DNA from: Mobula hypostoma
Lineage: Eukaryota
NCBI RefSeq assembly: GCF_963921235.1
Contig: NC_086097.1
Location: 104,720,001 to 104,784,000 of the forward strand
DNA: 64,000 bases
Reading direction: 5' to 3'
Shown: positions 39,801 through 52,700 of the stretch, one piece after another
Layout: every line of letters starts with the position of its first letter
How positions within the stretch are numbered: the first letter of the stretch is position 1
Notes under the pieces: model-generated
The model's input: only the letters and a program-made list of their open reading frames with translations
Told to the model about the DNA's origin: nothing
Databases searched by the model: none
Position numbers and translations under genes: made by a program

Positions 39801-39960
39801 CCCCACCTCTTTTGCCTCCCTCCCTGTCCTTTCTGAAACATCTAAAGCCTAGCACTCTTTAGTAACTGTTCTTGTCTCTGAGCCATCCAAGTCACTGTAA
39901 TGGCCACAACATCATAGCTCCAAGTACTGATCCATGCTCTTAAGCTCATCCGCTTTGCTC
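36895..39960 (-). mobile_element. CR1-type LINE ORF2, decayed; hosts a SINE
   Basis: PGNYRPVSLTSVVGK, DVVYMDFSKAFDKVPH, SGVPQGSDLGPLLF, EYCAQFWSPHY. Confidence 0.93.
38789..39000 (-). mobile_element. tRNA-derived SINE (head type B) with (TTC)n tail
   Basis: Head GGCCGGCTGGTGGCGTAGTGG...GTTCGAA; exact 14-bp TSD TAAGCTCCTTCCTG (38775-38788, 39001-39014). Confidence 0.88.
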
Positions 39961-40217
39961 ATGGTGCTCAATAGCTGTGGCAAGGCTTGAATGCTATCAC
40001 CTCCTACAAAGTAAAATGGGTGCCATGTGACAACAAGATCTCAGCAACAGGAAACAGTTGAGGCCAGTTCATTGGCTATATTTAAGAGGGAGTTAGATAT
40101 GGCCCTTGTGGCTACGGGGATCAAGGGGTATGGAGGCTGGTACAGGGTTCTGAGTTGGATGGTCAGCCATGATCATACTGAATGGTGGTGCAGGCTCAAA
40201 TGGCCAAATGGCCTAGC

Positions 40218-43200
40218 TCTCACTAAGGGATTCATATTCAAAATAGTGTCCAACAAATCAGATTCTTGCATATATGGAAACGTAGAAACATTTTTGTAAA
40301 AAATGTCTAACCTGTAAATATTGCAAGAAATGTGTATGAGAGAGACAATATTTGATAATTAACTCTTCAAAAGACATCAATCAACTATCACTAAATAAAT
40401 CTGAAAAAGAACAAATCCCCTTATTTCTCCATAATTGAAGGTTTAAATAGCAAATTTCGAAATACAGGACTAGACAATTTAAATTGTGTAAAATTAAAAG
40501 AGTTACGAAACTGACACCAAATCCATAAGGACTGTTTAATAACAGGGTAGAAATTTAAATTGGAAATTTTAGCAAGTTGTAAAGGTAATGAAGCTCCTAA
40601 TAGTGAAGTTAAACAAAATTGATTAATAGCTTTAAGTTCCAAATCAATCCAAGCTGGTTTTTGGTTCTTATTGAGCCAATATAACCAAAACACATAATTG
40701 TCAAATATTAACAACCCAATAATACATATCTTAAATTGGGTAGCGTGAGTCCACCATCTTTTTTAGATTTTTGTAAATGAAACTTAATAACTCCTGGTTT
40801 TTTATTATTCCAATTAAAGGATGAAATAGTAGAATCAATTTGATCAAAAAATGTTTTGGTTAGAAAGATAGGAATATTTTGAAAAAAATAAAAAAATCTC
40901 AGTAAAATCATCATTTTCACAGCATAAATATAACCTATTAAAGAAAGTGTAAGAGGGTTCCATCTAGAAAATAATTGTTTCATAGAGTCCAATAAAGGAA
41001 CTACATTAGCTTTATAAAGATCCTTTTTTTTGGTAATGATAATACCCAAATATTTAAAAGAATTCACAATTCTAAATGGAATATCCTTATATATAAAAAC
41101 AGGAACATTTAAAGGGAACAATTCACTTATTTAAATTAAGTTTATATCCTGAAAATTTTCCAAAATCATTCAATAATTCCAAAAGATTAGGAATAGTTTC
41201 TTCAGGATTTGAGATATAAACCAAAAGATCATCTGCATAAAGAGAAATCTTATGTATGGTCCCATTTATAGAAATACCATGAATATTTTTAGCTTCGCGA
41301 ATTGTTACAGCCAAAGGCTCCAATGCGAGATTAAATAATAAAGGACTTAATGGACTCCGCTGTCGAGTACCTCGTGAAAGTGGAAAAAAAGGAAGACCTA
41401 AGATTATTAGTAATAACAGTAGCGATAGGGTTCTTATAGATCATTTGAATTCACTTATTAAAATTATTACCAAAGCCAAATTTTTCTAATACATTAAACA
41501 AATAAGTCCATCAAATGCGTTTTCTGCATTCAGAGAAATAACACACTGGGGTGTTTTGGATAATGGTGAATATATAATGTTCATCAATCTCCGAACATTA
41601 GGAAATGAGTAACGGCCTCTAATAAAGCCTGTTTGATCCATAGAGATAATTTTAGATAAAATGTTTTCAAAACGGTTAGCCATTATCTTGGAAAGAATTT
41701 TAGCATCCACATTTAATATCGAAGTAGGTTTATGATGAGCATTCAGTAGGATCTTTATCTTTCTTAAGGATTAAAGAAACAGAAGCTTCATAAAAAGAAG
41801 GTAAATTACCTTTCTCAAACGATTCATGAAACAGTTCCAAAAGGTATGGAGAAAGTAATTTTCCAAATTTTTTGTAAAATCTTACCGAAGAACCATCGAG
41901 TCCAGGAACTTTACCTGATTGCATTGACCATATAGCTTTCTGAATTTCATGCTCAACAATTGGAGCATCAAGGGTCTGTTGATCTTCAGTAATTTGAGGA
42001 AATTTAATCTTATATAAAAAAAGCTTTCATTTTAGAGGGATCTGCTGGAAACTGAGATTTATAAAGATCAGAATAAAAATCCTGAAAAATATTATTAATA
42101 TCTTCATAATTACTTACTATATCTCCATTATCTTTACGAATCTTTAAAATTTGTCTTTTAGCTTTAGCAGCCCTTAATTGGGATGCTAATAGCCTATTAT
42201 TTTTATCCCCAAAAATATAAAACTGACTTTAACTTAAGCAAATATCATTCAATAGAATAAGTTAATAATAAATTATATTGTGATTGTAGTTCTACTCTTC
42301 TTTTAAACAAATCAACGTTTGGAAAGATTGTGTTGATATTATCTAATTCTTTAATTTGTTTAGCAATTTTATCTAATTCTATTCTTGTCTGTTTCTTCAA
42401 CTTAGCTAAATAAGAAATAATCTGACCACGTAAATAAGCTTTTAGCGTATCCCAAATTACTAACTTTGAGACGTTTCCTGTATTATTAAAGAGAAAAAAA
42501 CTCTTATCTGAGTTTCAATGAACTCAACAAAATCTGAACTTTGTAACAAATGTTCTGGAAAACGTCAAGGTGGTCTTGTAGAAACAACATCTTTCAAATC
42601 AAATACTAAATTTAAAGGAGCATGATCAGAAATAGCAATTGCATCATATTCACATTTCTGAACATTAAGTAAAAGTCGAGGGTTGGCTATAAAATAGTCG
42701 ATTCTTGAATATTTATTATGAACATGTGGAAAAAAAAGGATTATTCTCTATATCAGTGGGATGCATATGTCTCCAGACCAATTAAACCATAATCAATTTA
42801 AAAAGAATTAATCAGTGATGCAGAACGATTAGGGAGTTGATGTCTAGATGATGATTTATCTAACAAGGGATTTAAGCAAGTATTAAAATCTCCACCCATT
42901 AATAACATATTTATTTAAATCAGGTAATAGAGTAAAAATATCTTTAAAAAATGAAGGATCATCAATATTTGGTCCATATATATTAACCAAAACCATTTTC
43001 TTATTGTAAATTGTTCCTTCTTCTCCTACCATTAACTAAAATCTACCATTAATATCAGATATAATATCCTCCTGATTAAAGGGAATATTGGAATCAATAA
43101 AAATGGAAACACCCCTAATTTTACTTAGAGAGTTTGCGTGAATCTGAGGACCCTTCCAAAATTTAAAAAAATGATTGTTATCACATAACCTGACTTGTGT

Positions 43201-43470
43201 CTCTTGTGCAAAGATTATATCAGGTTGGAATCGATTAATAATTTTACATGTTTTCTTACGCTTAATAGGATGATTCCAACCATGGACATTCCAACTTAAC
43301 TAACATCATGAAACTTTATATCGAAAGAAAACAATTAAACACATCAGGATGAGGAAATTTTGAATGGCGGTGATAAACAACAATGATAACAATTTGCGTA
43401 CGCTCTGGAATTCCATAGTGGGAATAAAAAAAAGAGGAAAACCCACCCAACCTACAAAGCCCAGAAATAA
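40218..43470 (-). mobile_element. L1-clade LINE ORF2 (endonuclease + RT), AT-rich, decayed
   Basis: SWNVHG...DIIFAQET, GKVPGLDG, DAKILSKIMANR...DQTGFI, ISLYADDLLVY, FKYLGI, KDGGLTLPNL. Confidence 0.9.
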
Positions 43471-43475
43471 GTCGA

Positions 43476-44860
43476 AAGATTCAAAGATTCAAGATTCAAA
43501 AAACTTTGTCATTCTAACCGTACATCAGCTCTGCAGGGCAGAATGAGACAGCGTCTCCCAGGGGCAGTGCAATCATAACATAACAAACGCAGCACTAAAT
43601 AATAAACATAACAATAAATAGTAAAACACAACAGCCACATCTCAGTTAAAATCAAGTTATAAGTGTCCAGTGCAAGTTAAAAGTGTCCAAAGCAGAGTCA
43701 GGTAGAACAGCTACCTGATGGTAGCTGATGGCAGAAGAACAACCAGTTCATGGAGAGGGTGTGAGGGGTCTTTAATGATGTACTGTGTCTTCTGGAAGCA
43801 TCGACTCTGAAAGAGATCTTGGACAGAAGGTAGGGAGCCCCCAATAACCTTCTCTGCTCCCCTAACCACCCTCTGCAAGGCTTTTTTGTAGACAGCACTG
43901 TAGCTGGAGTACCAGGTTGTGATGCAAAAGGTCAGCACACTCTCAACCACGCCTCTGTAGAATGTAGTTAAGATGTTAGTGGGGAGTGATGCTTGTTTAA
44001 GCTTCCTCAGAAAGTGCAATCTCTGCTGGGCCCGTTTCACAATCCCAGTGGTGTTCCTGGACCAGGTGAGATTGTCCGAGATCTGCACCCCAAGGAACTT
44101 GATGTTTTCCACTGTCTCCACTGTGGAGCCGCTGATGCTGAGGGGTGTGTGCTCAGGCTGAGACCGTCTGAAATCGACGATCATTTCCTTGGTTTTGGTG
44201 ACATTAAACATCAAGTTGCTATCACTGCACCAGCTCTCTAGGTGTTTGACTTCCTCCCTGTACATTGTTTCATCATTTTTGCTGATCAGCCCCACCACTG
44301 TGGTGTCGTCAGCAAATTTAATGATCAGGTTCTCCTTGAATCTGGCTGCACAGTCATGTAAACAGCAATGGGCTAAGCACACAGCCTTGTGGGGATCCAG
44401 TGCTCAGTGTGATGGAGTCAGAGATGTTCCTGCCAACACGGACTGACTGTGGTCTCTCTGTCAAGAAATCCAGAATCCAGCGACACATAGCAGTGTTAAG
44501 GCCAAGCAGCGACAGTTTCTCCACTAGTCTCTGCGGGATGATGGTATTGAACGCTGAACTGAAATCAATATACAGGATTCTGGCATAAGTGAGAGAGAAC
44601 TGTGTGCAGTGTGGTGGATATTGCATCCTCCGTAGAGCGATTTGGATGATAAGCAGACTGTAGAGGATCCAGCGATGAGGGGAGGCTGGCTGTGATATGA
44701 AGCTTGACAAGCCGTTCAAAACATTTCATCACTATATGGTTCAGGGCAACGGGACGGTAATCATTCAGACAGGCTACAACTGATTTCTTTGCTACAAGGA
44801 TGATTGTGGAGGTTTTGAAGCATCTGGGGACAATGGCTTGACTAAGGGAGATGTTGAAAG
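43476..44860 (-). mobile_element. Rex1/Babar-type LINE RT/3' part
   Basis: [54 protein letters not shown]; (TCTTGAA)n tail. Confidence 0.9.
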
Positions 44861-44861
44861 G

Positions 44862-45290
44862 TTGAACAAGTTAGGTCTTTATTCTTCGGAGCGTAGAAGG
44901 TTGAGGGGGGCTTGATAGAGGTGTTTAAAATTATGAAGGGGATTGATAGAGGTGACCTGGATAGGCTTTTTCCATTGAGAATGGGGGAGATTCAAACAAG
45001 AGGACATGAGTTGAGAGTTAAAGGGCAAAAGTTTAGGGGTAACATGAGGGGGAACTTCTTTACTCAAAGAGTGGTAGCTGTGTGGAATGAGCTTCCAGCA
45101 GAAGTGGTTGAGGCGGGTTCGATGTTGTCGTTTGAAGTTAAATTGGATGGATAAATGGCTAGAAGAAGAATGGAGGGTTATAGGCTGAGTGCAGGTCGGT
45201 GGGACTAGGTGAGAGTGGGAGTTTGGCATGGACTAGAAGGGCCAAGATGGCCTGTTTCCATGCTGTAATTGTTATATGGTTATATGGTTA
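44862..45290 (+). mobile_element. CR1-type LINE 3' fragment
   Basis: IEVFKIMKG...TRGH...FFTQRVVAVWNELP; (TTATATGG)n tail. Confidence 0.88.
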
Positions 45291-46353
45291 AAGAAAAAAA
45301 AGAAAAAACAAAAAAGGGCCCGTTCTAATTAAGCAGTCAAATATGCACCAGTTGGAGCTCAATTCATGGATCTTTAGTCAATCTCGGCACCCGGCTCCAT
45401 CAAATCACAGTCTCCCCACCGGGTCACATCCTATGACCATTTCTCTCCAGTGTCTTCTCTCTTCATCTCCCACCGAATAAAAGACCCAGCTCACATTCCA
45501 TAGCATCTGTTACCTCCTACCATAACCCAAACACTGCTTCTACAGAAAGACCATTGCGTTAGCAGTGGAAACCTTTCTGTCTCTCTTTCCCCCCCGCCCC
45601 ACCAAAATTAGTTATGTCCTCATAACATTGAGGTAATTTGTTAACACTTCATACAAAGCACAAAGTCCAACCCAGGTGTAAATGGCAATGACATAGCTCA
45701 TCAAAGAGATAGATGCCACATTCTGTTTCCAGGGTGTGACACAGGCCAGTCTGTTTGGGGGCCTCCTGACTTCCTTACTCCTACTCATCTACTTCTTCAG
45801 CTTCAGACACTCCCTGGGCTCTTTCCTGTCTACCTGGGAAGGCTCCTGCCTGTCCATTACTCGTGCCTCCCAACATCTCAGGACCCCTCGTCACTTGGCT
45901 GAGCTCACCCTCGTGCCCAGTTAACTTTAGAGTAAAGCTGTCTGCCACTGCTAGTTCTCCCCCTCCCAGCCCTCATTTCACCTGCCTCAGCAGGAAAAGA
46001 GTTGTGAATCTCTTCATTAATTATTGGGGAGTTTGAGAAGGACAATACATACCACACCGTCATTTCCTCATCCTCAGAGTCCGTATCATATTCAGGGGTG
46101 GGGCTTAGTCTAATTCTTTCCACTGCTGGTCCTTCGGTTCCCCCACATTGCCACAGAGTCCTCTTACTAGGTGTAGAGTCCAGGTGAGGCTCTGGGTCAA
46201 CATGTACCTCTTGTCCAGGAGGTAGAAGGTGGTTCCGATGGAAAATCTTGCCAGGCCCATTCCCATCCTCTGGTTTCACTGAGAAAACTGGTACCTTTGA
46301 CATCTGACTCTCCACTATATAGGGCTTAGCTGTCCAGTGGTCAGTGAGCTTAT

Positions 46354-49300
46354 TACGAGGAAGCTAAAGCAAACAACACTGACCGGAGAGAAATTCACGG
46401 TCATTATGGGAAAGTCTGCAAAAACATCAGAGGGCTCAAGATACACCAGAGCAAGTCTAGATGAGGATCAGTGGTGACCCAAGTGCAGCGCACGGACTTG
46501 GTGTCCAGTGAGACGAAGGAGAATTCCAGCCAGGAAGCACCCCACAGAGCTGAAGATCTCTCCGCAGTTGAGCCACCTCAGCACCGAACAGACCTAGTGA
46601 GTTCCTGTTCGGTTACCCCAATCCATTCGTCAAGGAAAGACAGGATCAAATGGCCTAGATTGTCAGTCAACGTCGCCTGGATGCAGTTCGATGATGATCT
46701 AGATGGCATCCTGGAAGTTGCCTTAGCAGGTCCAGTACACAGAAAGATCGACTTATTCACAGCCATAGCGTACAATCTAGCTAAGGAACGATTTGGCCTA
46801 ATGGAGTGGAGAAGCCAGCCGGACTTACCGCGGCAACCAAATAGGAGGGAAATGGAGATTCGTTGCTTGAGAGGTGAATTAAAGGCAAGAGGTTTAAAAC
46901 CAGCTCACCGGCTGAAAAAGAAGATATCAAAGATTTAACCAGTATGTTGTGAGAAAAGCTGTGCAAACTCCGGAGGGCGGAACATCTGCGACAGCAAAGA
47001 AGGAAGAAAGAGAAAAAGCGAGTGCAGTTCGTGAGAGATCCATTCAGCTTCACCAGGACTCTTCTCAGCCAACAAAAATCTGGTGTACTATCCAGCTCGA
47101 AGCCACAGGTCGAGTAGTTCCTGCGGGAGGCACAGAGCGACCCACGGAGGGGTCAGGGACTAGGAACCAATCGGGCTGTGCATAGACCGGAAAGTCCATC
47201 AATTGAGCTGAATGTGAAGGAGCCTACATGGCAGGAAATCCAGGACATCATCCGGAAAGCTAAATCATCAGCTGCCCCAGGCCCAAGCAGCATACCTTAT
47301 AAGGTGTATAAGAAATGCCCAGAGCTTCTTCGGAGGCTGTGGAAGGTCATGAGAAAGATCTGGGCCAAAGGTACTATTCCATCAAGTTGGAAATTGGCAG
47401 AGGGATGCTTTATTCCAAAGGAAGAGGTTGCTGCCACAATTGCCCAGTTTAGGACAATTTCTTTCCTGGATGTGGAATGTAAGATTTTCTTTTCTGTGCT
47501 CACAAGAAGGCAGAACCACTATATCAACATATCCATCCAAAAAAGTGGTATTCCAGGCTTTTCGGGGTGTCTGGAACACACCTCAATGATTAGCCCTTTG
47601 ATCCGTGAGGCCAAGCAGAAAAAAGATGACCTAACAGTTGCCTGGTTGGACCTCGCGAACGCCTACATGTCTATTCCATATGACCTCATCCTAGAAGGAC
47701 TCGACCACTACTACATCCCAGTGGCTATTCGAGACATGATCACCAGCTACCTAGGAGGATTCAAACTCAGATTTACATCAGCCTATTTCACAACTAGTTG
47801 GCAGGACCTCCAGAAGGGGATTCCAACAGGGTGCACCATCTTCCCCATCCTATTATGGGAATGAACCTCCTATTATCAGCAGCAGAAGATGTAACCCGTG
47901 GCCCGATGCTGGAGTCAGGCATTGTTCAGCCGGCTCTATGAGGGTTCATGGACGACATCACTATAACAACTGTGTCACATGTCCAAGCAAGATGAGCATT
48001 GGAAACCCTGGGTAATGTAGCCACTTGGGAGAAGATGTCCTTCAAGGCCAAGAAGTCCAGGTGCATGGTGATCAGAAAAAACAAAGTTACTAGCAAGTTT
48101 AGCCTCCAAGTTCAGGGTGAGGTCATCCTTTCCATCAAAGATAACCTGATAAAATGCTTGGGGAAGTGGTTTAATGTGTCACTGACAGATGGGGCCAATG
48201 TCACCAATGCTGTGAAGCAGACAGACGAATACTGAAGAAGATCGACAAATCCGGACTTCCGGGTAAATTCAAGACCTGGCTGTACCAATACGGCATTCTG
48301 CCCAGGCTCCTCTGGCTCTTCACACTTTGAGTTCCCCATGACTGCCGTAGAGGGCATCGAGAGGAAAACTAACAAGCACCTGTGGAGATGGTTGGGAGTT
48401 CCCCCAACCTGCTCTTCAGTGGCCTCTACATTCGTTCTGAGCAACTGCAGCTTCCCCTGTCTTCTGTTGTGGAGGAATTCAAGGTGGCAAAATACAGAGC
48501 CTTATTAAGCTTGAGAGATTCCAATGATGTCTTGGTAAAGCAAGCAGGCGTTACAACCAGATCTGGGTGCAAGTGGGCAGCCAACGCAGCTGTGGAGGAG
48601 ACAGTGTGTTCTCTGAAGCTGTGAGACATCATCAGCAACCCCTGCGTCGGGCAGCAAGGCCTTGGCTCAGTTCACTTCCAGAAGTGGGGAAATGCAAGCA
48701 TTAGGAACAGGCAAGACATGATACAGGCAGAAGTACGAATCCGTGAGGAAGAGAAGCGGATTTCAAAGGCAGTGGAACAAGGGTCCCAGGGTGCCTGGAC
48801 AAAATGGGATCTGTCTAAGCGCAAGATCTCATGGGCAGAGTTATAGAGACTGGAGCCCTTCTGTATTTCCTTCCTCTTGCAATCTGTGTATGACACCCTT
48901 CCTTCACCAGTACACTTGGGGGATGAGAGAGGACCCGAACTGTAAGCTCTGTGGTCAAAAGAGGACACTGGTTCATATACTGTCTGGATGTAAAACAGCT
49001 CTAACTCAAGGACGGTATAGGTGGCACCATGATAAGGTGCTTCTGGCTCTTGATTTGCGTGGGAGGAGGGATGGGAAGAGGCCCATGAGAGAAAGGCCTT
49101 GAAGTACCAGCCCTTAGTGCAGGAGTGTAAAGACAAGGGATGGCAGGCATGGTTGTTCCCTGTGGAGATAGGCTGCAGAGGTTTCCCAGCCAGAGGCAGA
49201 ATGAGCCTCTTGTTGGATTTGGAGTAGGCGAGAGGAGGGAAGCTGGAAGCCAGGAGCAGATGGGCAGTGATTTGGCCACCACTGCCGGCCCACCAACTGG

Positions 49301-49436
49301 AGAGTGTCGTGGTTAAGGGTCGAAACACTCGGTGAAGGTTGGGAGCCACCTGATGACATCTGCTCCTGGCTGAAGGCTACTGTTACCTTATAAGGTAACT
49401 GGAGAATGCACCCTAATAGGTGTATGTAACAAGTTC
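46354..49436 (+). mobile_element. HERO-type (R2 group, restriction-like endonuclease) non-LTR retrotransposon, decayed
   Basis: N-terminal finger GKVCKNIRGLKIHQ, RT motifs WLDLANAYMSIP, GIPTGCTI, FMDD (~47945), CCHC knuckle CKLC...HILSGC...RYRWHHDKVL, C-terminal KY...FPVEIGCRGF. Confidence 0.85.
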
Positions 49437-49506
49437 CATGTAGCCCCATTTTCTTTGAGGACTTGATCTCCAGGTATTAGTTGGGAGAACCCAACCTTTT
49501 GATCAT

Positions 49507-49724
49507 TTTTTTTTTAGAAAGCCCTTAACTCTGGGTGGAGTCATCGGAATGCCGTCATGATGGTGTTTTTTTTTTAGCAGGCTTTCTTATTTTTACAAGG
49601 CTGAGTTGCTAGCTTGACGCTCAACCCAGCACGGATGGAAAACGTGCAAGGGAGCCGGCTGGATTTGAACTTGGGAGCCTTGGCTCCGAAGTCCAGCGCT
49701 GATGCTACTATGCTCTCAGCTGGC
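49507..49724 (-). mobile_element. tRNA-derived SINE (head type B), poly(A) end
   Basis: Homologous to 38789-39000; exact 13-bp TSD ACCTTTTGATCAT (49494-49506, 49725-49737). Confidence 0.88.
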
Positions 49725-52700
49725 ACCTTTTGATCATACCTCCTCTTATTTCCTTGATTCTGCTCGGTAGCCGAGACCTCAGATAGTTCATAAGTCTTTT
49801 TCAGCTCCCATCACATATCAGACACATACTTCGGATACGTCCTCTGTTGTAGATCTTCCCCACGAGTCCCAAAACAGAGGTCAACGGGCAACCTCACCTT
49901 TGTGCCAAAACGGTAAGTACCCAATAGCTTCAATCTGTGTACATGTGTAGCAGTGGACCAAATGTCCAGTATGTTGACTTCACTTGTTCTTGCTAATTTC
50001 CAAGGTTCCGAGCATGTCTAGCAAGGTCTGATTGAACCTCTCGGGCTGGGGATCATGCTGTGGGTGAAATGACGTAGTTCTCGACTTCTCAACTCCAAGC
50101 ATGCTCAGTAACTCGTGTATGAGCCTACTCTCGAAATCCCGTCCCTGATCGTTATGTATCCACTTGGGAGGCCTTAATAAACAAAATGCTTCTCTCATAA
50201 CACTTATAACCATATAACAATTACAGCGTGGAAGCAGGCCATCTCGGCTATGGTGGACATCCTTTATCCTTGGTAGGGAAGGCTTGCCCGTATCTGCTGT
50301 AGTGATCCTTAATGACAAAGACATTAGCCATGTTGCTGGCATCTGGCTCTATTGACAGGAAATCCATACACACCAAGTCAAGGGGACCCACACTCTGCAA
50401 GTGGGACAATGGAGCGGCCCTCGTAGGCAGCACCTTCCTCTGTATGCATTGAATACACGACTTGCAGTACTCTTTGACCTCTGGTTTCATTTGGGGCTAG
50501 TAGAACCAATCTCTAGACAATCCATAGGTCTTGTCAACCCCCAAGTGGCTGGAATCATCATGAAGTAACTTCAGCACAATCCTCCAATACTTCTCAGGCA
50601 GAACCAACTGAGAACGCTGAGGCCAGTCTGGAGGAGACGTGACCTGATATAGAATCTAGTTCCCCAACTCCAATCTGGGCCATTCTCTCATTAGTAGAGA
50701 TACTGCAGAGGGTTTCATCTTGTCTGCTTGGGCCATGTCCCCTTTTTCAACTGATGACCAAATAGTACCAATACATGGGTCATCTTGTTGAGTGCTGCCA
50801 CTTCCCTTGGACTCAATTCTGGCATCTGCTTTGTCTTCCAAGCAGTCAGGTTGCAGTAAGCTTGTGGAATGGTGCCGTCAGAAGCTCCCAAAAGATCTAC
50901 TGCTTGATTCTGCCCTTGCCTTTCCTCTGCCTTCCCCATGATGGAAAACTGGCTCGTGGCTTTGACTCCAGGGGCAGAAACGCTCTCCCACTCTCTGTCC
51001 CTGTCAAGTCCTTCATGTACACGTTGGGACAACGTATCAACATCAATGTTCCAACTTCCCCCCTGGCCAGTACTTCAGGCTGAAATCATAGGCAGACAAC
51101 GCTGCCAACCACTGATGGCCTGGAAATAAGTTAATAGGTTGTTGTCTGTCTTCACAACTAACTTGGCACCATATAGGTAGTCACTTAGCTTATCCAAAAC
51201 ACAGCCCATTTCAAGGCCAGGAACAATTCGCGCATGGGGTAGTTTTGCTTAGAGGGTGACAGACTCCGGCTGACAAACATGGCAGGTCTCAACCCTGTGC
51301 CCTGATTCTGATACAGAATACGCTATAATCCCCCTCTGCTGGCATCTGTAGGCAATACATACGGCAACCGAGGGTCTGCAAAAGCCAGCACAGGCGCTTT
51401 CGTCAGCAGCTCCTTCAGCAACTGAAAGGCCTCTTCACATTTCACAACCCATCTCACTCCAAAAAGCTCTGAAGGGCTAAGATAATCTTTACCATTCTCT
51501 CCTTTCGTCTTCCTCCCTTCCTTCCCAAGAAGGGTAACCGCACAGAAGCTGATTTAAAGGGTGACTCCCTTTAGTCCTTTACGAATCTCCGATAGTATCT
51601 ACAAACCCAAGGAATAAGCACAAGGTGCTCACGGTCTACAGCCTTGCCATCTGATAACCACTTCTATCTTAAATGGACCTGTAGCTACTCCATCCAGTGA
51701 GACTGTTCCCAACAGAGTTGACAGACATCTTGCAGAACTGGCACTTGTCCAGGGAAAGTTTTAATCCTTCAGCTTTCAGGCAGCCCAGCACCTTCAGTAG
51801 CCTCGCTTCATCTTTCCCCAAGGTGGACCTGAACACTAATACCTCAAGCAAGTTCATATCCCCCACCGTTTTCTCCTGACATGCTGAAAAGTGGCCCTGG
51901 GGCATCCTTTCAAACTAGAACAATCCCAGTGGACATATGAATGCCATCTTCTCTTTGTCAGCCTTGCTCATACCCACACCTCAAGTCCAGCACACTGAAC
52001 CACTTTGCACCACTCAGGCAGGCCAGCATGTCCCCTATGGAATATGTACTGGTCGCGGACTGTACGCCTGTTCAGAGTCTGAAAGTCCACACACATCCAT
52101 ACCTTCCCATTCTTCTTCCTGGCCACAACTATTGGTGAAGTATAGGCGTTTCTGGACTCAGTGATGACCCCAGCTTCGTCCAACTTCCGCAGCTGCTGCC
52201 GAATGTCCTCCACTTCTGCAGGCGCCAGTTGCTGCGACCTTTGTCTGAATGGGGTGTCCTCTGTCACTTTGATGGTATGGCAAGTGCTCTTGGAAGAACC
52301 CGCGTCAGTAGCAAAGACATTTTTCACCTTCAATATCTTCTGTGAACCTCCAACCACCAGGTACCGGGTATCCTCAAAATTGAATGACTCGGGAGTCAAC
52401 TTTCCCTTTTTCGGAAAGTGTTTCTCCCCGGCTTCTCTCACAGGGACACGAGACGTTACCTTCACCAGAAAGAGGTGCACCATTAGCATCCCCTGCCTGA
52501 GGATGACCTCCCTTTCCAAAGCGTTTCTGACCATCACTGTCATCCTGTTCACCTGTACAACTGAGGGATTCTGCAGTTCGGCTTCATCAGTAATCCAGGT
52601 AAGTATGACTCTTCTTCATGGTCTTCTGGAGTATCCACCAAGAGGGTCTTGGCATGAGGCATTCTGGGAAATTTGGAGTTTCCCATCACTCTCGCTACTT

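Noticed and set aside
49300..49365. Hammerhead in the HERO 3' UTR (CGAAAC and CTGATGA present)
   Set aside because: Stem II would close with a C-C mismatch and stems I and III cannot be formed; two ordinary hairpins (GAGTGT/ACACTC, GGTG/CACC) fit better
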